Assembly (NCBI GenBank): GCA_963771005.1
Contig: CAVYRO010000002.1
Span: 1,550,299 to 1,614,298, forward strand
Length of the DNA: 64,000 bases
Origin: an uncultured Bacteroidales bacterium
GTDB lineage: Bacteria > Bacteroidota > Bacteroidia > Bacteroidales > GCA-2748055
Direction of reading: 5' to 3'
Shown here: positions 19,849-29,821 of the stretch, piece after piece
Layout: each line of letters begins with the position of its first letter
Position numbering within the stretch: the stretch's first letter is position 1
Position numbers and translations under genes: made by a program
The notes under the pieces: model-generated
Databases searched by the model: none
What the model was told of the DNA's origin: nothing
What the model saw: the letters and a program-made list of their open reading frames with translations, nothing else

Positions 19849-20979
19849 TCATATCATATCATACGCCGACATATATGCCGGTTTCCTGATGAATTCATCC
19901 CGGCTTTCATCGCTGAAGCCATAGAACCTGGCCCTGATCTCTGCATCTGTACGTGCCACCAGCCTGCCGAGAAGCCCTGAATTGACATTCCGGTCAAATG
20001 CCTTTAAGACGGGGCATTCGGTATCGAACCAGATCATGGCAACGTGGATCCGGTGAGTCGCGCAGGCTGTTTCCAACAAAGGCTCAAGAAACTTTTCCCC
20101 TCCTTCAGCATACCAGATCCCCTCAACTGCCAGGAAGCGGAAATGAGCCGGATTAAAAATAGTCTTTACGCCAGGGATCTTCGGCAGGATATTCAAAAGA
20201 AATTTTCCCGCTGCCCCTCCCCTTCCGGCAATCTTCCATGCATCGCTGTGAACCTGCAGCCCGGCGATCATCTTCCCGTTCTCCATATATATAAAGTAGT
20301 CGTTACCCATCAATATATTACCGGTATGAAATAATGTATGGCCCGAATAAAAATCAGCCAGGCGCCTTCTGATCTCACCGGACTGTGTGGGATCTGCCTT
20401 CGTAACCCGTGGATTGGCCTTTAACTTAAACCTGCTGAAAAGTACAGTTGTGAAATTACGGCAGCTCCGGAGACCCATATCGGAGCTGAAACGAAGGGAA
20501 CGGAAATTCGTTTTCTCGATGCAGGCATATAGAAGCGAAGGCTCTTTGTGCAGCCCGGCTTTTTTATCAAGCAGGGCCGGATTTTCAAAATAAGGCAGGG
20601 CCACGGATTTTAAGAAACCTGTACTCCGCGAAGCATCCTTATTCCCGGCCTCCGCGCTGTATTTTTTTGGCCGGAGAGGAGCCCGGATGGAAAAATAACG
20701 GACATACCATGATCTGAATTCACGTTCTCCCGCAAATGTTTTCCTGTCAGCCAGTCCGACTGACCCAAGCAGGTGTCCCGATTTTTTAAGGAGCATGAAA
20801 TATATATCACGGATATGTTCAATTTTTTTGCGGATGTTGGTATGCATGTATTGCATGCCGCCAGGAGTGCCGAGAATAGTATCCTGAAGATGATGATGAA
20901 GTTCTTCATCCAACTCCCTCACGATCTCGACATGAAGCCTGTGAAAATCAGCCAGCGGTGTCGCAGCTTTCTCTGTCAT
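19849..20979 (-). CDS. hypothetical protein
   Basis: A long clean ORF with an ATG at 20979. I recognise no motif. An (ATATC)n microsatellite lies at its 3' end (19838-19866). Confidence 0.35.
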   Translation of the reverse strand: MTEKAATPLADFHRLHVEIVRELDEELHHHLQDTILGTPGGMQYMHTNIRKKIEHIRDIYFMLLKKSGHLLGSVGLADRKTFAGEREFRSWYVRYFSIRAPLRPKKYSAEAGNKDASRSTGFLKSVALPYFENPALLDKKAGLHKEPSLLYACIEKTNFRSLRFSSDMGLRSCRNFTTVLFSRFKLKANPRVTKADPTQSGEIRRRLADFYSGHTLFHTGNILMGNDYFIYMENGKMIAGLQVHSDAWKIAGRGGAAGKFLLNILPKIPGVKTIFNPAHFRFLAVEGIWYAEGGEKFLEPLLETACATHRIHVAMIWFDTECPVLKAFDRNVNSGLLGRLVARTDAEIRARFYGFSDESRDEFIRKPAYMSAYDMI

Positions 20980-21074
20980 TTTTTTGAATTTGCTAAGCAA
21001 AGATAATGGGTTTGTCCGCTAATTTGAAAATTAGTATATGCACAACTTCAATTTCTTTCAGGCTACTGCACCGG

Positions 21075-23024
21075 TCAATATCCCTGTATCCTGAGTTTGA
21101 CGTTTTCAAGGCTGGCAGGTGAACCAACGAGAGTGACGATATCACCCAACCTCATTCTCGTATATCCATGGGAGATGATCATCTGGTCGCCCCGTGTCAC
21201 GGAAAGAATGATCACATCGGTGGGGAGCCGGAGATCGCGAAGTGTAAGGCCGTGAATATCGGGGTTGATGACTTCCACGTCGACGGTATCCTGGGTTTCG
21301 CCTTCTCCCATCAGGAGGGATACGGCAAGAGGCGAGCGTACGTAATGTTCAAGCAAAGAGACCATGGCTGTGGCGGGATCCATAACCTGCACACCTAATT
21401 CTCTGAATTTCTGATAATTACTTCGGTCTTGCAATCGTGCTATGATATTCCGGGTGCCGAAATGCTCATAGGCAAGTTCGCAAATCTCATAATTTTCTTC
21501 ATCCGACAGGAGGCAGACAATCGTATCGACATTCCATGCATTCAGTTCCCGCAGGGAATCAACATTGATCTCGTCATACTGGGTCACCCGGATTCCCTTC
21601 TCAACCTTAAAATTGTTTTCCACACTCTGGGAGGCAATGCTCACTCTCCAGTTGTGAACTTTTAGCTGCTTTGCCAGGGCGATAGACTGGCTTTCGAGTC
21701 CGAAGATCAGTATCCGCTGCCGGGATTCAGAAGAAGGATCGGCCTTCTCATGGGCTTCGCCGGCGATCTGAATGGCCCATTTAAAAAAGGGTGGCCCTAC
21801 AATCTGGTTTAGAACGATAACAGCTATGATCATGGTCGCAAATTCAGGGCCCCACCCGGGAAATTCGGTGGCAATGATAGTTGCCAGCCCCAGCCCCACC
21901 CCGGCCTGGGTTACATAAGGCATCCAGGCCAGCCTGTTCAGCCTGGCCGGATCACCTGCCAGGCCGCCTCCGACAAAACCGGCTACAATAAGCGACACAA
22001 TCCTTACGAAGAAAAGGATCAACGCCACAATCCATACCTTCGAGAGCACCCCTATTGCAAGCGAGGCACCCGTAAAAGTGAAGAAGATAACATATACATA
22101 AAGGCTCGTATTTTCAATAACTTTGATAAAATCGGGCCTGTACCTGGTGTAATTCGTAAGGATAAAACTGGCAATGATACAGGAAAGAAGAGGCTCGATA
22201 TATAATTCTTCCCCGATGATCCCGGCAGAGAGGTCCCGCAAGACAAAGGACACAAGAAAAACAGAGTAACCCGATGCCAGGACAAGAAAGCTTTTAAGAA
22301 CCATTTTTCCCGGGATGCTAAAGATCAGTTCCAGGATCTTCCAAAGGCCAAGACCCAGTAGGAGTGAAATGCCCAGCTCAGCGATAAGCAGGAGGATAAA
22401 TCCCGCTCCGGCTTCCTCCCCACGGATCAGGGAACCTGAAATGGTGAATACCACGGAAAAAAGGATGATGACGAGAAAATCCTTGAGAACGGTGACTCCA
22501 AGTGCTGTCTGCGTGTATGGTCCGTGAGCACGCATCTCATTGACGATAGCAATGGCTGAAGCTGGTGAGCGGGCAACAAAGATGGTGCCTGCGAACAGGG
22601 AAATTGCGGCGATATTCACCGCCGGAAGTCCTCTCATAAACGGAATGAGATCGGAAAGAAAATATACCGCTGCAAAGCCTGAAATGAAAGTTATTCCAAG
22701 CTGGGATATCGTCATCAATGTGATACTCCGGATCCTGCTCCTCAACTCTTTCATATATAGTTCCGCCCCAACGGCAAGCGCTATGAAGGCAAGTGATATA
22801 TCATTGATGAAACGAAGCCTGGGTATCGCTTCATGGTCGATCATACCGAGAACATCCGGCCCTGCCAAAATTCCAATGAGAAGCAAGCCCGTAATGAGTG
22901 GAAGCCGGATCTTCCGGAATAATTTGGCGATTTGTCCGGAAGCCACTGAAATCAGGGCAAAGGCAAAGAGATAGGCAATAAGCTTAAGGGCTTCGCCGTT
23001 TGCAATGAATTCTTTCATAATCAT
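21075..23024 (-). CDS. cation:proton antiporter (CPA2-like) with TrkA-N/TrkA-C (RCK) domains
   Basis: About 400 aa of polytopic membrane domain are followed by a Rossmann-like RILIFGLESQSIALAKQL and a C-terminal RCK_C segment (LRDLRLP..I..V.RG). Confidence 0.8.
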   Translation of the reverse strand: MIMKEFIANGEALKLIAYLFAFALISVASGQIAKLFRKIRLPLITGLLLIGILAGPDVLGMIDHEAIPRLRFINDISLAFIALAVGAELYMKELRSRIRSITLMTISQLGITFISGFAAVYFLSDLIPFMRGLPAVNIAAISLFAGTIFVARSPASAIAIVNEMRAHGPYTQTALGVTVLKDFLVIILFSVVFTISGSLIRGEEAGAGFILLLIAELGISLLLGLGLWKILELIFSIPGKMVLKSFLVLASGYSVFLVSFVLRDLSAGIIGEELYIEPLLSCIIASFILTNYTRYRPDFIKVIENTSLYVYVIFFTFTGASLAIGVLSKVWIVALILFFVRIVSLIVAGFVGGGLAGDPARLNRLAWMPYVTQAGVGLGLATIIATEFPGWGPEFATMIIAVIVLNQIVGPPFFKWAIQIAGEAHEKADPSSESRQRILIFGLESQSIALAKQLKVHNWRVSIASQSVENNFKVEKGIRVTQYDEINVDSLRELNAWNVDTIVCLLSDEENYEICELAYEHFGTRNIIARLQDRSNYQKFRELGVQVMDPATAMVSLLEHYVRSPLAVSLLMGEGETQDTVDVEVINPDIHGLTLRDLRLPTDVIILSVTRGDQMIISHGYTRMRLGDIVTLVGSPASLENVKLRIQGY

Positions 23025-23191
23025 AAATATGAATTCCGGATGTTCATTTCCGTAATATAAGCATTAATTTCATCTAATACCAAAACCCGCAACATCCCTT
23101 ATCCTAATGTTAAAGCTCTTACAGCTTTTGCTTCTGAAGTTTTATATAATTACCTTACGCCACCGGGTATATCGATTAAATTGAAGATAAG

Positions 23192-24397
23192 ATGAAAGGG
23201 ATAAAAAGTGTTTTCCTGGCATTGATCCCTGTCTGCCTTACAGCCGGGATAAGGGCGCAGGACAATCCTGCATTCAAAGAAATAAATATCGAGAAATCCT
23301 GCTCCCTTCACCCGGAAATCAGCGACATCGACCGGGACGGCATCAACGACATCGTACTGGTTACGGATTACGTCGATGACAAGGGAGATGACAGGGATAA
23401 CATTAAAAACCTGTGCTGGATCAAAAGTCCCGGCTTTGAAAAAATAAAGATTGCCTCCGTGGTTTACCGCTCTTGCGGAATGGCTGTGAGCGATATGGAT
23501 AATGATGGTTATCCCGATATCATCGGACTGGAAGATCTTGATGGTATCGATTCAAACGGGAACAGTACCCTCTTCATTTTTTACAACCCCGGAAGTAAAG
23601 GCCAGGAATGGAAAAGGAGTGATATCGGTAAAATCAGCTATGCCAAGGATATCAGTACCGGCGATCTGAACGGGGACGGTTTCCGGGATATCATAGCCAG
23701 GACCGACGACAGGAAAATCCATATCTATTCACGGGATCACGATGCATGGATGCATACACAAATCGAAGTCCCTCCTTTCGACGGCCTTGCCATCGGCGAT
23801 ATGGACCAGGACGGCGATGATGACCTTGTCATTAACGGTATGTGGCTGGAAAATGATGCCGGGAAATGGACTGCCCACGATTACGATAAAACCTGGTACA
23901 CCCAGAAAACCGGTGAAAAAGGACAGTGGAATGACAATAATACCCGGATAGCCGTAGGAGATATTGACGGAAACGGCAGGCCTGATATCGTCATCAGTGA
24001 GTCGGAGCAGTATGGCTATCCGCTCACCTGGTATGAGAATCCGGTTGATCCTGCAAACATGTCCGCCTGGAAAGGACACAAGATAAGTAATCTGGATCAT
24101 CTTCATTCTCTTCGTCTGGCTGATTTTAACAATGACGGGGAACTGGATATTATGACCGGAAGGCTGATCTTCGGCGGGGATAATGTGGAAGACCCGCATC
24201 CTGTACTCATTTATTACAATGAGAATAAAGGAAGCGGATGGCACCCGCAGGTGTTGAGTGAGGAGGGCTGCTATGGGGCGAATGCAGGTGATATCGACGG
24301 TGACGGTGATATCGATGTTGTTTTTCCCAGGAATTATGATCTCGGGCCGGTTTCCGTATACCTTAATCTGCTTAATGATAATATGAAAAAGAAGTAA
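23192..24397 (+). CDS. FG-GAP/VCBS repeat protein, secreted
   Basis: Repeated D-x-D-x-DG-x-x-D Ca-binding loops: DIDRDGINDIV, DMDNDGYPDII, DLNGDGFRDII, DMDQDGDDDLV, DIDGNGRPDIV, DFNNDGELDIM and DIDGDGDIDVV. Confidence 0.7.
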   Translation: MKGIKSVFLALIPVCLTAGIRAQDNPAFKEINIEKSCSLHPEISDIDRDGINDIVLVTDYVDDKGDDRDNIKNLCWIKSPGFEKIKIASVVYRSCGMAVSDMDNDGYPDIIGLEDLDGIDSNGNSTLFIFYNPGSKGQEWKRSDIGKISYAKDISTGDLNGDGFRDIIARTDDRKIHIYSRDHDAWMHTQIEVPPFDGLAIGDMDQDGDDDLVINGMWLENDAGKWTAHDYDKTWYTQKTGEKGQWNDNNTRIAVGDIDGNGRPDIVISESEQYGYPLTWYENPVDPANMSAWKGHKISNLDHLHSLRLADFNNDGELDIMTGRLIFGGDNVEDPHPVLIYYNENKGSGWHPQVLSEEGCYGANAGDIDGDGDIDVVFPRNYDLGPVSVYLNLLNDNMKKK

Positions 24398-24459
24398 TTC
24401 CCTACTGAACGGGGAGATCTTCCGGTAAGAATCGCAATATCAAATAAATTTAATGAGCT

Positions 24460-25914
24460 ATGAGTAAATTATATATGACCCTGTTTTCCTTCCTCCTCAT
24501 TTCGCTTTTATCTTGTAAGAAAGAGACTTCTCCACCCGCCCCGGTTCTACCTGTTCCCGATATGGATCAGCTGGCATGGCAGAAGATGGAAACCAATGCT
24601 TTCATACATTTTTCCATAAATACCTTCACGAATAAGGAATGGGGTTATGGCGATGAATCTCCGGAAGTTTTCGATCCTGTTGATCTCAATGCGGAACAGT
24701 GGATCACCACGCTTAAAGATGCAGGTTTCAAGGGAGTGATCCTGACCTGCAAACACCATGATGGTTTTTGTCTCTGGCCGACGGCCTATACGGATTTCTC
24801 AGTGAAGAACAGCCCCTGGAAGGACGGGAAGGGCAATGTGGTGAAGGAAGTGGCGGATGCCTGCCGGAAGTACGGGCTGAAGTTCGGCATATATCTCTCT
24901 CCCTGGGACAGGCACCAGGCAACATACGGTACACCGGCATATATTGAATATTACAGGAACCAACTGAAGGAGCTTTTTACCCGGTTTTCACCTATCTATG
25001 AAATGTGGTTCGACGGAGCGAACGGTGGGGACGGGTATTACGGTGGTGCCCGGGAAAAAAGAACAATCGATGGAAAAACATATTATCACTGGCCCGAGAC
25101 CCTCGAGATGATCACCAAACTCGACTCCGGTGTGCTTTTCTTCAGTGATGCCGGGCCTGATATCCGGTGGTGCGGAAATGAGAAGGGGTATGCCGGCACG
25201 ACCAACTGGAATACGATTTCCACGGACAGCCTTTATCCGGGGAAACCCGCCATCAATGATCTGTTAAATACCGGGTCGCCCGACGGAGATAAGTGGGTAC
25301 CTGCAGAAGTCGATGTGTCAATCCGGCCGGGATGGTTCTACCATCCCTCTGAAGACAGTCTCGTGAAAACACCTGAAGAACTATTCACTATTTATTTGAA
25401 TTCCGTCGGACACGGCTCCACTCTGCTTTTGAATGTGCCGCCGGATCCCTCCGGACGGATCCACCAGACGGATGTAGATGCCCTGTCGGGATGGAAAAAG
25501 CTTATGGATAAAACCTTTGCGACGGATCTTGCTTCGGGAATGCAGGTCGTAGCTTCTGAGATGAGAGGCGGGCCGAAGGAAGAAAGGTATGCGCCGAACA
25601 ATATAACCGACGGAAATTACGATACCTACTGGGCAACGGATGATGGCATCGATACCGGTCATTTTGATATCCATTTCCACCAGCCTCTTACAGTCAGATA
25701 TATCATCCTCCAGGAATATATTCCACTTGGTCAGCGGGTGAAAAGTTTTACTATCGAAGCATCCGCGGACGGGGAATGGAAAAAGATCGGGGAAGGTACA
25801 ACCATCGGGTACAAACGGATCATCAAAACTGATCCTGTAAATACAGATCAGTTAAGAGTTAATATCACCAGTAGCAAGGCATGCCCGGTGATCTCGAATA
25901 CTGAAGTGTATTGA
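24460..25914 (+). CDS. alpha-L-fucosidase (GH29) with C-terminal F5/8 type C (discoidin) domain
   Basis: FIHFSINTF, LTCKHHDGFCLWPT and WFDGANGG are GH29 motifs. The C-terminal roughly 130 aa have a discoidin-like pattern. Confidence 0.85.
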   Translation: MSKLYMTLFSFLLISLLSCKKETSPPAPVLPVPDMDQLAWQKMETNAFIHFSINTFTNKEWGYGDESPEVFDPVDLNAEQWITTLKDAGFKGVILTCKHHDGFCLWPTAYTDFSVKNSPWKDGKGNVVKEVADACRKYGLKFGIYLSPWDRHQATYGTPAYIEYYRNQLKELFTRFSPIYEMWFDGANGGDGYYGGAREKRTIDGKTYYHWPETLEMITKLDSGVLFFSDAGPDIRWCGNEKGYAGTTNWNTISTDSLYPGKPAINDLLNTGSPDGDKWVPAEVDVSIRPGWFYHPSEDSLVKTPEELFTIYLNSVGHGSTLLLNVPPDPSGRIHQTDVDALSGWKKLMDKTFATDLASGMQVVASEMRGGPKEERYAPNNITDGNYDTYWATDDGIDTGHFDIHFHQPLTVRYIILQEYIPLGQRVKSFTIEASADGEWKKIGEGTTIGYKRIIKTDPVNTDQLRVNITSSKACPVISNTEVY

Positions 25915-25925
25915 GGCTACGTGTT

Positions 25926-25958
25926 GTGAGAAAGAAAACTCGATGACCCTTCGGCTCC
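25926..25958. repeat. solo terminal fragment of the 250-bp hairpin element
   Basis: gaaagaaaactcgatgacccttcggctccg equals the reverse complement of the right end of the 48511-48760 element. Confidence 0.6.
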
Positions 25959-25961
25959 GGG

Positions 25962-27260
25962 TTATATCTGAACCGGTTTATGCATCTTAATATAACCGGG
26001 ATCGATAATTACCCCGAGTCCGGGTCCGGTTGGTACTTTGATCTTTCCATCCCGGTTTTGAAATGGTTCGCCCGAGCTTTCCAGGGGGATCGGAGTGCCA
26101 TTGGCATCCCGGGTCTCAAACATCTTAAACTCATGATATTCACCGGCATTAGTACAGGCAGAGGTAAGATGCAGCATATACAGGTATCCGAGGCCACCTC
26201 CCGACATATGCGGAACGATCTTTTTGCCTGTCGCGGCAGCCATCCGGGCTACCTTCATTGAGCGGATCATTCCGCCGAAATAGAACGTATCGGGCTGCAG
26301 GATCTCAAAGGCATTGTTGCCGGTCAGCCAGCGGAAGGCATGCATGCCGAATTCTTCTTCACCTCCGGCCATCGGGATCGTCAGTGCATCCGCGACCTGC
26401 TTCTGTTCTTCATACCAGTCCCAGGGCACCGGTTCTTCGTAAAAATAGTAGTTAAGTTCTTCCAGCAATTTTCCAATCCGGATGGCTTCCTTCGCAGAAT
26501 AAGTTCCATTGCCGTCGATCATAAGTACCATGGCATCGCCGAAACTCTTCCTCGCCATCCGGATCAGTTTTTCTGTCCTGCCGGGAGCGTTCTCATTGTT
26601 TCTGCCGAGATTGTCACCGCTGCCGCCCCTTAGTTTTACTGCCCTGGCCCCGGTTTCCGCAATATCCTTAGCAAGAAGTTCGAGCGATTGCTCCGGTTCA
26701 AGCGTGCGCTGTTCATTTATTTGCGTACCGAGGTATACGCTGATCCACGGATGATGAATATCGCCTATCAGCTCACCCACCGGTTTACCGGCGATATTGC
26801 CCAGCATATCAAGTATGGCAAATTCTATATTGGCGATCTGCACACAGAGCGGAACGCCCTGGCTCTTTATATTCATCTCCACCGATTCAAAGATCAGCTT
26901 ATCCAGGTCACGTGCATCCTTACCGGCAAAAAGATGATGAAGACTGTTCCGAAACATGGGATATCCCTGTTTCGCAATAAAGGGATGGCCAACAGCAATG
27001 CCTTCCGCTCCTTCTTTTGAACGGACCCTGCAAATGAAATTATCACGGTCCCGCAGTAATTCCAGCTTGTCAATGATCACGGGCCCTGTGAAAATGTCCT
27101 TCCTTAAAACGGGAGCTTGCAGGATCTCATCAAGTTGGGAATAATCCGGTAGATCCGGAACGGTAGCTGCGGTATTGCTGCATGAGACGAGAGAAGATAC
27201 CGAAGCCATGCCGCCTGCGGCCACGGTATTTTTTATAAAATTCCGGCGGGAGGTTTTCAT
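25962..27260 (-). CDS. enolase-superfamily enzyme (mandelate racemase/muconate lactonizing enzyme family) with Tat signal
   Basis: MKTSRRNFIKNTVAAGG is a twin-arginine leader. KLRGG, MIDGNG, EEP and GGEE match the metal-ligand pattern of the MR/MLE family. Confidence 0.75.
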   Translation of the reverse strand: MKTSRRNFIKNTVAAGGMASVSSLVSCSNTAATVPDLPDYSQLDEILQAPVLRKDIFTGPVIIDKLELLRDRDNFICRVRSKEGAEGIAVGHPFIAKQGYPMFRNSLHHLFAGKDARDLDKLIFESVEMNIKSQGVPLCVQIANIEFAILDMLGNIAGKPVGELIGDIHHPWISVYLGTQINEQRTLEPEQSLELLAKDIAETGARAVKLRGGSGDNLGRNNENAPGRTEKLIRMARKSFGDAMVLMIDGNGTYSAKEAIRIGKLLEELNYYFYEEPVPWDWYEEQKQVADALTIPMAGGEEEFGMHAFRWLTGNNAFEILQPDTFYFGGMIRSMKVARMAAATGKKIVPHMSGGGLGYLYMLHLTSACTNAGEYHEFKMFETRDANGTPIPLESSGEPFQNRDGKIKVPTGPGLGVIIDPGYIKMHKPVQI

Positions 27261-27451
27261 GGTCTTCCAGGATTAGATTTTGAAAAAAGGGTATGAGCAA
27301 GGTAATGAAAAATATGGCTTCGTAAAATAATTGATGAAAAAGCAGACCCGGCATGACCTGTTTAAAAGGCCGCAATATCCATAAAGCAGGATACCCCGGC
27401 AAGGCATGGCCAATGTTGATGAAACCCTGAACGTATTTCATATAGAAAATA

Positions 27452-27830
27452 CTATTGGGACGGATGTTCCCCTGAACCCCTCCCTTCCTTCTTCCGACCC
27501 ATTTTGTTCAGAACCAGACTCACTTCTTCCCTGGTGACAAGACAGCCGTACCTCACTTTTTCAAGAACAGGCATGATAACTTCAACGAACTTATCCATAT
27601 TTTCAGGTGTATCAGCAACCTCAACGATCATAGGAAGTTTTTCCGTGAGTTCCCAAAACTTGGAGGAATGGATCTCACTGCTCGAACCAAAACCCATGAC
27701 TCCCCTGACAACGGTAGCCCCTGCAATACCATATCGTTTTGCCATAAAAACAAGAACTTCATACAAGTGGGGAATACTTGAACTTATCGGTGGAACTGAT
27801 ATATATCCTGTAACCGGCTGAATGGTACAT
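27452..27830 (-). pseudogene. DUF190 (PII-like, fluoride-associated) protein, interrupted by one +1 frameshift near 27764
   Basis: [22 protein letters not shown] runs from the ATG at 27830. After one extra base it continues in another frame as YEVLVFMAKRYGIAGATVVRGVMGFG.... The joined length is about 125 aa. Confidence 0.65.
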
Positions 27831-27914
27831 CTGATTTCATAGTACTGAATATTTTATTTTCCGTGAATATCCTCGATGTGGCTATAGTTTCATTATTTAG
27901 TGAAATTAATGTAT

Positions 27915-28294
27915 TCAGATCACTTTTGACAGCAAAAGCCCAAGAAAAGTAAATACAAGTCCTGATCATAAGACTGGCACCAGTATACCTAAAAAAGAAA
28001 ACATACTGTCCGTCCCGTAATAGAGCGATATTCTCATAAGAAAATGTTGAAAACGTGGTAAACCCCCCACAAAATCCAGTGGTCAGAAACAACCGCCATG
28101 CAGGCGAAAGGTCAGAATATTTCATGAACAACCCATAAAACAGTCCGATCATAAAACATCCCGCAACATTTACCACGAAGGTCCCAAGGGAAAGGAGGAG
28201 CCGGCGACCAGACCTGGAAATATTTGGAAAGATAAAACCGGCCGACACTTCCGATGAATCCTCCTGTACCAACTGCAAGAATGACTTTAAGCAT
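27915..28294 (-). pseudogene. crcB: fluoride channel CrcB/Fluc, interrupted by two single-base frameshifts
   Basis: Three pieces lie in three frames. They are [77 protein letters not shown] and [16 protein letters not shown]. The shifts are near 28181-28197 and 27961-27970. The joined length is about 125 aa. Confidence 0.75.
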
Positions 28295-28321
28295 ATTCAG
28301 TATCAGATTAAATAACAAATT

Positions 28322-28376
28322 GTTTACAGGAGTCATCAGCCGTTACTGACGGTTAATGGCAGACCCCATTGCCGGT
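28322..28376 (-). promoter_or_regulatory. fluoride riboswitch (crcB RNA motif)
   Basis: The minus strand reads CCGGCAAUGGGGUCUGCCAUUAACCGUCAGUAACGGCUGAUGACUCCUGUAAAC. It has the P1 helix GGCA/UGCC, the P3 helix CCGU/ACGG, the conserved CUGAUG and a pseudoknot GGGGUC/GACUCC. It aligns position for position with the Thermotoga fluoride riboswitch as I recall it. It lies directly 5' of crcB. Confidence 0.8.
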
Positions 28377-28606
28377 TTGCAAAGATAGGAAAGATTTGGG
28401 AAATGGGGAGGTGAGGGGGGATTATGGATGGTTAGAGCCAAAACGAATTAGAGACGCATTTGAAAAAGTACCGATTTCAGGGAAATTGTTAAAGAATTTT
28501 TCAGGATTGTTCAGGCAAGACAGCATGGCCTGGAATTCGATAGAAGTCATAATTGTGTATAGCTTTAAAAGTCATATCTCTATAAGGCCATATATGCAAT
28601 TTTATT

Positions 28607-29821
28607 TCACAACCGGTTTCCAAACCGGTAGCCCATATTCCATTCAATATAATCTGAAATGTAATAATGATAGGCATGAAGATTTAGACCGGTGAAGAAA
28701 TTCTTAAAGATATGATACTTGATCCCGATACGCTGGTATGTCCATGGAGTAAGTCCCTCGTAGATTCTGACGATGGATATAAAATCCCGGTTGAAGAATA
28801 AGTGACAGCCTGTCGATGACCAACTCATACGATGGGAAAATACTGACTTCAAAACCCTCAGGAAAAGTAGCATCATGATCCTCAAGATTCCCGTTAAAAG
28901 ACTGATACTGGAATTAGCTGCTCCAAAATAATCGAACCCAATGCCAAAACCAATTTTCGACTTATAGCTGACCTGCCGGTTATAACCGAGTGAGATCCCG
29001 TAAACCGGATAATAAACCCCTTTAAACATGGCTGCTGAATCGGCTCCGGGACCATCGTATAAAACGTTCTTTGTGCCGGTAAAAATGGAGATCAGATATT
29101 CGTTCCCGGGCGTGTAAGGTGGGAGTGATGAACTACCTGGTGATATTGGTTGGTTAGCGAAGTCGTATCCCAGTTTAACACGGGGCCCGGCAATGTTAAT
29201 GCCATAATTAGGTTTCTTTAATGCCCCGTTCGAGAAATGGGTAAAGCTGCCTCCCATACCCAGCCAGAGTCCGTTGTGCAACCGATAATTCATCTCCAGG
29301 CCAAAATCAATGTAAACACTCTGCTCGGCTCCCAGGGCAATATTGTAGGTGTTTTGAGAAACTTCAAAGGACTCCCAGTTCATGGTAAAGCCAAATCCGA
29401 GGTTATAATCAAAACTGAGTCCGTTCCAGCGTTTAAAGGGAGCGGTAAAAAGACCGTAAACAGCAAAAGGCTTTCCAAGCTCTGGTGTTCCGGGAAAACG
29501 TACGACATATACTCCGGCTCCGAAAGAGGGATAATTATAAACCTTTTCCCAGGTTTTATCACCGTAAGTCTGTTTAAGCAAATGTACCGAGACTGCCCTG
29601 TAATCATCGATGGGATCGTTGACCAGATTTCTCCCTCTTACAAAATCATTGGTCTGTAATACGCGCCCCCATTGGTAGTATGAAAAGATGCGCGCATGGG
29701 TAAAATGCCGGGAGCTGTCGGCTGGTGATTGGTTATATGATCTGGCGTTCAGGTTTTGAAAACCGGACAGAATGGCTGATAAGAAAATAAGCAGAGAGAA
29801 ATTTCTGAATAGTATAGTCAT
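28607..29821 (-). CDS. outer-membrane acyloxyacyl hydrolase / lipid A deacylase (PagL)-like beta-barrel; possible compensating frameshift pair inside
   Basis: It has a signal peptide, FTHFSNGALKKPNYGIN, and the C-terminal ISDYIEWNMGYRF. See the finding for the 28741-28919 segment. Confidence 0.5.
   Translation of the reverse strand: MTILFRNFSLLIFLSAILSGFQNLNARSYNQSPADSSRHFTHARIFSYYQWGRVLQTNDFVRGRNLVNDPIDDYRAVSVHLLKQTYGDKTWEKVYNYPSFGAGVYVVRFPGTPELGKPFAVYGLFTAPFKRWNGLSFDYNLGFGFTMNWESFEVSQNTYNIALGAEQSVYIDFGLEMNYRLHNGLWLGMGGSFTHFSNGALKKPNYGINIAGPRVKLGYDFANQPISPGSSSLPPYTPGNEYLISIFTGTKNVLYDGPGADSAAMFKGVYYPVYGISLGYNRQVSYKSKIGFGIGFDYFGAANSSISLLTGILRIMMLLFLRVLKSVFSHRMSWSSTGCHLFFNRDFISIVRIYEGLTPWTYQRIGIKYHIFKNFFTGLNLHAYHYYISDYIEWNMGYRFGNRL

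Noticed and set aside
27130-27441. A 103-aa ORF upstream of the enolase-superfamily gene.
   Set aside because: It overlaps the Tat-leader region of the real gene on the same strand in another frame and extends into the promoter region. I recognise no motif.
28334-28336. The ATG at 28336, used by the ORF track as the start of the crcB N-terminal ORF.
   Set aside because: This ATG is the conserved GCUGAUGA core of the fluoride riboswitch. The CrcB homology starts at [12 protein letters not shown] (ATG at 28294).
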